This document shows, piece after piece, positions 57,390-64,000 of a DNA stretch of 64,000 bases. Position 1 is the first letter of the stretch. Each line of letters begins with the position of its first letter. Position numbers and translations under genes: made by a program. Origin of the DNA: a virus. The DNA lies in IMG/VR virus record IMGVR_UViG_3300036828_000363, positions 29,236 through 93,235 of that record. The stretch is one strand, 5' to 3'. Under the pieces are notes generated by a model. That model ran no database searches. It was not told the DNA's origin and worked only from the letters and a program-made list of their open reading frames with translations.

Positions 57390-58979
57390 ATGATTAACCC
57401 AGCGATATTGGATTTAATCAAAGGTCTCAGGAAAGATGCGACCACCACGGGCATCTCTACTGGCACGGGCCTTAACTTCTACAACTTGGAAGCACAAGCG
57501 AAGAATATCTATCCGGTATTCTATCCGCTCCTTGCGTCCATCCCTCGCAAAAACCCGATGTTCAATGGGCAACGGGTAGGCGGTTTGGGAATCAACTGGA
57601 AAGCAATCACTGGAATCGATTCCGGTGGCTATCCAGCCGTGTCAGAAGGAAACCGCAACTCCTATCTCAGCTTCACTGAGAAGGACTACTATGCTCCTTA
57701 CAAATTTCTGGGAAAGGATGTTGAGGTATCTTTCCAAGCGCAAGCAACTGGTTTGGGATTTGATGACAATGTCGCACTTGCTCAGCTTTCCCAGTTGAAC
57801 GCTCTGCTCATGGGCGAAGAGAGAATGATTCTCTTCGGTAACTCAGGCACTCCCGGAGTAGGTGGAACCTATGGATTCCTTTTGGGAACTGTAGGGACAC
57901 CAGTCGCGCTCGGTGTTACTACCGTTGTCGATCAAAGAGGTGGAACCGGATTTCCAAACGCGACGAACGTTTCAGCGTTCTGTGTCGCGTTAACCGCGTG
58001 GGGTCAATATCTCGCGACTCCAACCGGAGTAAAACTTCCATTTCGCCGTGTCAACGCGGATTCTTCAACTGACGATATCAACGGTGGCACGTCAGTAGTT
58101 TCCGCCGCGTCTAACATTGTTGCTTCCAGCTCAGGCACAAGCAAACAATCCATTCAGTTCACGGTTCCCGCGATTGCTGGCGCCGTTGCCTACGCGTGGT
58201 TTGTTGACATCGTTGATGCAACAACTCCTGTAACCTCGAACTCCGTCTTCTGGGGAGTCACGGCAACACCAGTCGCGGTAATTTCAGGCGCGCCTCCGGG
58301 ATCAAACCAAAAAGCAAACGCGACTGATGCAGTCACCACCAAAGGATTGTCAACGGATAATTCCTACAACAACCTCGATTTTGACGGTTTGATGACTTGG
58401 GGTTTCAGTAACGCGAATGCCGCGCAACCGTCTTATTGGAAGGACATGGGCGGAGCCGGCTTCACTGCAAACGGTGATGGCACGATCAAAGAGTTTGAAG
58501 ATATCATGGACTTCTTTTGGCTCAACTACAAATTGACCTTCGACAAAATCTATGTCGGTGGCAATTTGATTTCCGCGATTTCCCGCGCCATTGTTCAGTC
58601 AAGTGGCACCAATGACCTTGCGCAGAGAATCGTGTTTGATCGCAACTCGGACGGAACCCTGTCCGGTGGCACCAAGTTAGTCGAGTACCGTTCCAAGTAC
58701 TCGAACACGGGCGCGCCCAAGGTTCTTCCCGTTCTCACTCACCCGTGGATGCCCCAAGGTTGCATCTACTTTGATTTGATCAACAACCCGTATCCTGCCG
58801 CGGGCGGAACCATTCCGACTGTGCGTCAGATCATGTCCCTCGAAGACCATTTCTCCATCAAATGGCCATATCGGAAGCTCCAGCATGAGTTGGGCACCTA
58901 TTGTTTCGAAACGCTTCAGCACTATATCCCGTTCGGGATTGCAGTGTTGACTGGCGCGTCGAACACAGTGAACCCGTAA
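57390..58979 (+). CDS. Major capsid protein
   Basis: Position after protease/scaffold; strong RBS; VSEGNR, EERMILFGN, DFDGL, HPWMPQG. Confidence 0.85.
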   Translation: MINPAILDLIKGLRKDATTTGISTGTGLNFYNLEAQAKNIYPVFYPLLASIPRKNPMFNGQRVGGLGINWKAITGIDSGGYPAVSEGNRNSYLSFTEKDYYAPYKFLGKDVEVSFQAQATGLGFDDNVALAQLSQLNALLMGEERMILFGNSGTPGVGGTYGFLLGTVGTPVALGVTTVVDQRGGTGFPNATNVSAFCVALTAWGQYLATPTGVKLPFRRVNADSSTDDINGGTSVVSAASNIVASSSGTSKQSIQFTVPAIAGAVAYAWFVDIVDATTPVTSNSVFWGVTATPVAVISGAPPGSNQKANATDAVTTKGLSTDNSYNNLDFDGLMTWGFSNANAAQPSYWKDMGGAGFTANGDGTIKEFEDIMDFFWLNYKLTFDKIYVGGNLISAISRAIVQSSGTNDLAQRIVFDRNSDGTLSGGTKLVEYRSKYSNTGAPKVLPVLTHPWMPQGCIYFDLINNPYPAAGGTIPTVRQIMSLEDHFSIKWPYRKLQHELGTYCFETLQHYIPFGIAVLTGASNTVNP

Positions 58980-58988
58980 CCAGTTTTT

Positions 58989-59028
58989 CCCTCATTAGTG
59001 TGGTTCTTAGCATCATACTAATGAGGGG
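58989..59028 (+). terminator. Hairpin after capsid gene
   Basis: CCCTCATTAGT...ACTAATGAGGG inverted repeat. Confidence 0.55.
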
Positions 59029-59063
59029 TTAGTGAGTAAATCTAACTTGAAAGGATTTTTGAA

Positions 59064-59534
59064 ATGACTGACCAAGTTGAAAAACACGGTACAGGACACG
59101 GTGCGGAGCATAGTGCAGGAGCAACTGGGACTTCGGCTACTGTTACTACTCGTAAAACTACGATTAAGCAAAGAGGGGCGTCGGCGTCACCTGCGCCCGC
59201 GTCTACCACGCAACCTACCATTGAAAAAGTCGATCCAGACGTTGCCAAGGTTGGAGATGAAATTATTATTACCGGAGTCAACTTTGGCACTGAGGTTGGT
59301 TCAGTGGTAATTGGCGGAGTGATCGCAGGCGTGGTAATGAATGAAGACACTGAGCAGAGTCCTATCCAGAGCGCACCTGCCTGGAGCGACACTGAGGTGA
59401 CGGTTGTCGTTCCTGAAGTCAACATACTGAAATACGCGGGGCAAGGAATGGCACGTCATCATGCCATCCTTACCACTGGTGATCCGGATACTCCGCTTAC
59501 CAGTGCTCCATTTCAGTTTATTGTGGTTGCTTGA
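59064..59534 (+). CDS. IPT/TIG-domain (Ig-like) capsid decoration candidate
   Basis: VGDEIIITGVNFG...WSDTEVTVVVP. Confidence 0.7.
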   Translation: MTDQVEKHGTGHGAEHSAGATGTSATVTTRKTTIKQRGASASPAPASTTQPTIEKVDPDVAKVGDEIIITGVNFGTEVGSVVIGGVIAGVVMNEDTEQSPIQSAPAWSDTEVTVVVPEVNILKYAGQGMARHHAILTTGDPDTPLTSAPFQFIVVA

Positions 59535-59588
59535 TCAGGCCGGCTATTGAGAGATGCTTCTCCGGAAGCATCTCTTCATTCTTAGTTT

Positions 59589-60272
59589 ATGTTAGTTACT
59601 TGCATAATGCCTACGGCGGACAGACGTGATCATATTTCATTCGCGCTACAGTGCTATCAAAAACAAGACTGGCAGGAAAAGGAATTGATAGTAGTGGATG
59701 ACGGGATGGATGCAGTCAGAGATTTGTTTGCAGATATACCGGGGGTTACCTATTACCGTCCTGTCCTGTCTGAGTTTTATCCTAACAGGCAGTCGATAGG
59801 TACGAAGCGTAATTTAGCTAACCGTCTAGGCAAGGGTTCCATTTTCATTCATTTTGACGATGACGATTGGTCTGCTAGTGATCGTATTACAAGGCAAGTT
59901 AAAATGATGGAGTCATCCGGGAAGAGCGTGGTTGGTTTTCGTTCGCTTTTATTTTTTCATTCACGAGAAAAGCAACTCTACAGATACAGTCATCCTAGTA
60001 GCGAATATTCATGTGGTTCTAGTCTTTGCTACACGCGTGAGTTTTGGGAACAGCATAACTTCGAATGTACTAACGTGGGAGAAGACAATGCGTTTGTAGT
60101 TAAGGCGCGTTTACACAATCAGATTTATGGTGGTGATGGAGATAAGACAATGGTAGCTCGTATTCATGAAAATAATACGACTACCTATAGGCTGATGGAT
60201 GGTTATTGGTGGACGCAACTACCTTTGGAAGACCTTCCGGTAGGTTTTGTTGAAGCACAATATGAAAGTTAA
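59589..60272 (+). CDS. Glycosyltransferase family 2
   Basis: TCIMPT, ELIVVDDG, IGTKRN, HFDDDDW, GED. Confidence 0.9.
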   Translation: MLVTCIMPTADRRDHISFALQCYQKQDWQEKELIVVDDGMDAVRDLFADIPGVTYYRPVLSEFYPNRQSIGTKRNLANRLGKGSIFIHFDDDDWSASDRITRQVKMMESSGKSVVGFRSLLFFHSREKQLYRYSHPSSEYSCGSSLCYTREFWEQHNFECTNVGEDNAFVVKARLHNQIYGGDGDKTMVARIHENNTTTYRLMDGYWWTQLPLEDLPVGFVEAQYES

Positions 60273-61170
60273 CATCATATCGAACTTGACGAACGGTGTC
60301 GGGCTACAGAGAGACTGTGAAATGCTCGGTAAGGAATTGTCCGCTCGCGGTATGGATGTAACCAAGGTGATGTGGAACGATACCATGTGTTCCGAAGCGG
60401 ATATTAATATATTTGTTGAGCTAGTTTCTCCGACTTTATTCAAGTTCGCTCGTGAACAATGGGTGATACCTAATGCTGAGTGGTGGTACTTTGACAATCA
60501 GCTTCCGAACATAGATAAGATATTCGCAAAGACTCAGGACTGTGTGAATATTTTTAGTGAGAAGCGACGGTTGGACTGGCAGAATCAATCAAGCTGTAAG
60601 TTCAGCATAGATTATCTTGGTTGGAAAGCGATAGACTTTTACGAACCTTCTATTGAACGGGAGAGAAAGTTTCTACACATAGCAGGAAAATCCCAGTTCA
60701 AGAATACAGATTCTATATTGAGTGCTTGGGAGAATATTGATGCAGAGCTAACTATTGTGTCAGAGCATTACCGTCCACAACAGTCACACGTAACTTGGCA
60801 TAGAAGAGTCAGTGACGAAGATATGCTGGGATTACAGAACAGCCACTTATTTCATATCATGCCATCTGCGTATGAAGGTTACGGTCATGTGCTTCACGAA
60901 GGTTTAGGAGTGGGAGCGGTGGTGATTACTACTGATGCCGCGCCAATGAATGAATGTGCTGCTGCAATCTTTGTTCCCTATGATAGGACTAAGAACTATA
61001 ATTCGGCACCTCTTTACCATGTGTCACCGAGCGCGATAATGGATTCAGTTTCGACAGCACTCAAAATGAATGATGAGCAGATCAAAGTGTTTCAAGAGTT
61101 AGCTCGAAAACAGTTTTGTGCTGACAAGGAAGAGTTTTCAAAGAATCTTGATAAGTTAGCAGGTATTTAG
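60262..61170 (+). CDS. Glycosyltransferase (GT-B/GT4-like)
   Basis: PSAYEGYGHVLHEG...TTDAAPMNE. Confidence 0.85.
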   Translation: MKVNIISNLTNGVGLQRDCEMLGKELSARGMDVTKVMWNDTMCSEADINIFVELVSPTLFKFAREQWVIPNAEWWYFDNQLPNIDKIFAKTQDCVNIFSEKRRLDWQNQSSCKFSIDYLGWKAIDFYEPSIERERKFLHIAGKSQFKNTDSILSAWENIDAELTIVSEHYRPQQSHVTWHRRVSDEDMLGLQNSHLFHIMPSAYEGYGHVLHEGLGVGAVVITTDAAPMNECAAAIFVPYDRTKNYNSAPLYHVSPSAIMDSVSTALKMNDEQIKVFQELARKQFCADKEEFSKNLDKLAGI

Positions 61171-61716
61171 GTGGAACTGGTTTGGAAATGGTCGGGGACT
61201 CCGGGGGAAGACCTTAACGATGCCCTTTGCTTCGCGTGTAAAGTCCTCACCCCGAATAGTTACCTCGAAATTGGAGTAGACGGCGGCGGTTCTCTGTTGA
61301 CCGTCCTACGTCATGCAAAACCGGAAAGAATCGTGTTGTGTGATATCTGGAATCCTAAGTACTGTGATCATGGTTTGTCTAATCATGAGCATATCGTCCA
61401 GCTTTTAGATTCGTTTAATGCTCACGCGACTTTCTTAGATGGAGATTCAACAGTTTTAGTTCCTAGTCTAAGCGAGGAATTCGATTTAATTACGGTAGAC
61501 GGTGACCATAGTGAAAGTGTTGCGAGCACTGATTTAATTCACGCGTGGTCTCTGTTAAAACGTGGTGGCATGTTAGTGTTCGATGACGTTGGGCATCATG
61601 TTTTTCCGCAGCTTAAAAAAGTTTTCACGGATTTCTTACAGTCGCACATTGACGCTGTGTTGATAAAAGAAGCAACTTCTGATTGGAAAAATACTGCGAT
61701 AGTGGTTAAGCGATGA
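61171..61716 (+). CDS. Class I SAM-dependent methyltransferase
   Basis: YLEIGVDGGGS, VDGDHS, LVFDD. Confidence 0.88.
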   Translation: MELVWKWSGTPGEDLNDALCFACKVLTPNSYLEIGVDGGGSLLTVLRHAKPERIVLCDIWNPKYCDHGLSNHEHIVQLLDSFNAHATFLDGDSTVLVPSLSEEFDLITVDGDHSESVASTDLIHAWSLLKRGGMLVFDDVGHHVFPQLKKVFTDFLQSHIDAVLIKEATSDWKNTAIVVKR

Positions 61717-62174
61717 AACTTGAACTGGGTTGTGGGAACAAACCGACTGACGGTTACACGCATCATGATAAGTGGAAGCATGATTACTTTGTGGATGTTG
61801 CGTGGGACTTACAAGCGGTTCCGTGGCCACTTGAAGACGGTTCAATCGATGAAATACTCGCGATAGATGTGTTTGAGCATCTAAAAATAGATGTCAGAGT
61901 ATGGCTAGATGAGTGTTATCGATTGTTAAAGCAGGATGGCATTCTTGACATGAGACTTCCTGCTTGGGATAACCCTTACTCGTACCGTGATCCTACTCAC
62001 TATCGGGTTTTCCATCCGGAGAGTTTTCTTTATTGGTGCCCGGGGAAGGAGTCAGGGACGGTGTGGCAGGACTTTGGTCGTTACTACTTTGGGGAAACCT
62101 ATTCGAAGTGGTGGCGACAATTGGAAGTGAAGCGGGAGTTTGATGATCTTCGCTTTAAGCTGGTGAAGCTATGA
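61713..62174 (+). CDS. Class I SAM-dependent methyltransferase
   Basis: LELGCG, VFEHL, ECYRLLKQDG, DPTH. Confidence 0.88.
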   Translation: MKLELGCGNKPTDGYTHHDKWKHDYFVDVAWDLQAVPWPLEDGSIDEILAIDVFEHLKIDVRVWLDECYRLLKQDGILDMRLPAWDNPYSYRDPTHYRVFHPESFLYWCPGKESGTVWQDFGRYYFGETYSKWWRQLEVKREFDDLRFKLVKL

Positions 62175-63010
62175 GTGAAAAAGACATTTTGATTATTCCG
62201 ACTTTCAGTCGTCCCGAGATGTTATGGGTTTGTCTTGACTACATCGCGAAATGTCCTGAAGCGAACCTTTTAGACATACGTGTTTGTGTTGACACTCACG
62301 AGAATAATTTTCGTCATCCGGATTTGCGGGATATCGCGACTGTACTTTCAAAGTTTCCTACTTTGCATGTTGATATGACCGTTCGTTCACCTCATGGTTA
62401 TTACGGTAATAGCTACAATGTGTTGTCTGCTTATCGTGATGCCTATGACACTCACGCGCAATATGTCTTCATGGTTGAAGATGACATAATGGTAGCGAAG
62501 GATTTCTTTGAGTGGCACTACTCAGTTCAAAAAGAACTTCGTAACTGCTTCTGTTCTATTGGGACATTGAATCAGCGTAGTCCAATTCCTAATATTCCAG
62601 TGACGGAGAAGGGTTTCTACACAAGCTACAAAGACTACGCGTCATGGGGAGTTTGCTTCAGGCGTGAGGTATTGAGAAACATCATTAGGCACGCTCATCC
62701 GGATTATTTTTCTCACATGGAATACTACATTCGTCACCATCTATCAGGGTTCGGGTTTGACAGTGAATACTGTGAGCAGGATGGATTGATAGTTAGGGAA
62801 ATGGGACGGGAAAAAGGTTTTTCCATCTATCCGACAAAAGCTCACGCGCAACACGTTGGTTGGTACGGATACCATCGTACTGCGAGTGTTCGCCCAGAGG
62901 GTAGTCTTGAAGAACGTTATCACCATGTCAAAAAAGTCGTTAGCGATCCAGTTGAACTAAAAAAGCATGTTCACGATTTCTATGACATAGAAGTTTTGCG
63001 GGTGGATTGA
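62171..63010 (+). CDS. Glycosyltransferase (GT-A fold)
   Basis: IIPTFSRPE, FMVEDD, EQDG, QHVG. Confidence 0.8.
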   Translation: MSEKDILIIPTFSRPEMLWVCLDYIAKCPEANLLDIRVCVDTHENNFRHPDLRDIATVLSKFPTLHVDMTVRSPHGYYGNSYNVLSAYRDAYDTHAQYVFMVEDDIMVAKDFFEWHYSVQKELRNCFCSIGTLNQRSPIPNIPVTEKGFYTSYKDYASWGVCFRREVLRNIIRHAHPDYFSHMEYYIRHHLSGFGFDSEYCEQDGLIVREMGREKGFSIYPTKAHAQHVGWYGYHRTASVRPEGSLEERYHHVKKVVSDPVELKKHVHDFYDIEVLRVD

Positions 63011-63011
63011 T

Positions 63012-63659
63012 ATGGGAATCGAATTAACTACCGTTGATGCCGTCAAGAGTTGGTTATCAGGCCAAGGTAAGTCACCTTCCGCGTCTACTGACGATGATAA
63101 TATCCAAGCTTGCATAACGATGTGGAGTTGGATATTTCTTTGCAAGTCCGGTTTTACCACGGATAGTGATGTACCCGAAGATAGCCCGTTTAATACTCCA
63201 ATCGAATACGATGAGGTGTATGACGGAACCGGGCACGGTATGATGTTTCTACGCAATTCGCCTATCCAAACTGTTACGTCACTTTCTATAAATGGTAGTC
63301 CGGTTACTCTGTCTTCGGGTTATGGTAGCACAGGATTCTTGATTAATACAGCAAGGACTGCGCTTGTAATCTCTGGTGGCTCTGGTGTCGCGTACTCAGG
63401 TGTTGGTGGCGGTGCTTGTTTTAATGAAGGCGTACAGAACATTCACATAGTTTATACGGCGGGTTACACTCGAACACCACCGGATATTGAACGCGCTTGT
63501 GTCAAGCAAGTTGCGCTTACATATAAGCGACGTGACTGGATAGGTTTGAAGAGCAAGACTATGTCGGGTGGTGCTGGAACTACTTCCTATCAAGATTATG
63601 AGTGTGATGCAGAAGTGGAAGGAATTCTTGGATACTACCAAAAGGTTATACCAGTTTGA
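63012..63659 (+). CDS. Head-tail connector / head completion protein
   Basis: LTTVDAVKSWL, EVYDG, NIHIVYTAGY...PPDIERAC. Confidence 0.8.
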   Translation: MGIELTTVDAVKSWLSGQGKSPSASTDDDNIQACITMWSWIFLCKSGFTTDSDVPEDSPFNTPIEYDEVYDGTGHGMMFLRNSPIQTVTSLSINGSPVTLSSGYGSTGFLINTARTALVISGGSGVAYSGVGGGACFNEGVQNIHIVYTAGYTRTPPDIERACVKQVALTYKRRDWIGLKSKTMSGGAGTTSYQDYECDAEVEGILGYYQKVIPV

Positions 63660-64000
63660 TAACGCTTACATTCAGTTCGAATTCGGAGCAGGTCATCGCG
63701 AGACTTCGCGAGCGTTTAGCTAGAGTACTTGTGCGAGCAGAAGAGACTATGGTTAGTGAGACGGATAGACTCGCTGCATACATAGTCACGGAGAAACTGT
63801 CCGGTCAAGTTCTGATGAGAAGATCAGGTTCACTCGCTCGTTCTGTTAAGAGACTTCCGGTTGTAAATACTGGCAACGTGATTACGGGCGGGGTTGAAGC
63901 GGGTGGTGGATTACCCTATGCCGCGGTTCAAGAATACGGGGGAAAAGGTTGGTATAGCATCTATCCAAAGGATAAAAGAGCACTTGCTTTCTTTCCCACG
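63656..64000 (+). CDS. Virion morphogenesis / neck protein (partial, runs off window)
   Basis: Open frame from TTG 63656: ...RRSGSLARSV...PYAAVQEYGG...IYPKDKRALAF. Confidence 0.7.
   Translation, partial: MITLTFSSNSEQVIARLRERLARVLVRAEETMVSETDRLAAYIVTEKLSGQVLMRRSGSLARSVKRLPVVNTGNVITGGVEAGGGLPYAAVQEYGGKGWYSIYPKDKRALAFFPT

Noticed and set aside
63578-63600. Possible self-target of unit 13452-13493 (T-T-S-Y pattern) in the head-completion gene
   Set aside because: Only four of seven dinucleotides match. A by-eye scan found no convincing in-window target for any unit; a computational search is still needed.
1-64000. tRNA, rRNA, integrase, transposase, reverse transcriptase, cas1/cas2
   Set aside because: None recognised by eye; tRNAscan/Infernal and HMM searches would be needed to exclude divergent cases.

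Overview
This window is a segment of a large tailed-phage (Caudoviricetes-type) genome. From left to right it carries: (i) accessory and replication genes (NADAR, QueD, QueE, MazG-like, DnaB-like helicase); (ii) a block of short early-type genes, most with their own sigma70-like promoter; (iii) an unusual locus at about 12.0-17.5 kb; and (iv) a packaging and head module. The head module comprises TerS, TerL, portal, very large polyvalent cargo proteins, MuF, glycoside-hydrolase-like and collagen-like proteins, glycosyl- and methyltransferases, prohead protease, scaffold, major capsid protein and head-completion genes. The standout is locus (iii). A stand-alone RAMP/Cas7-like gene (12404-13072), with no other cas gene or CRISPR array in the window, is accompanied by a roughly 1.6 kb non-coding array (15675-17475). 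The array is built of hexamers G-Y-Y-N-N-(A), grouped into about 30 units by a GAA delimiter, and two further single units lie directly behind the RAMP gene. When the constant triplets are removed, the variable triplets of several units read like protein-coding sequence (e.g. VGKSTLLE, EKSGEQIFVIS). This suggests a candidate RNA-guided system using a non-contiguous, wobble-insensitive code. All assignments are by-eye motif recognition; no database searches were run.
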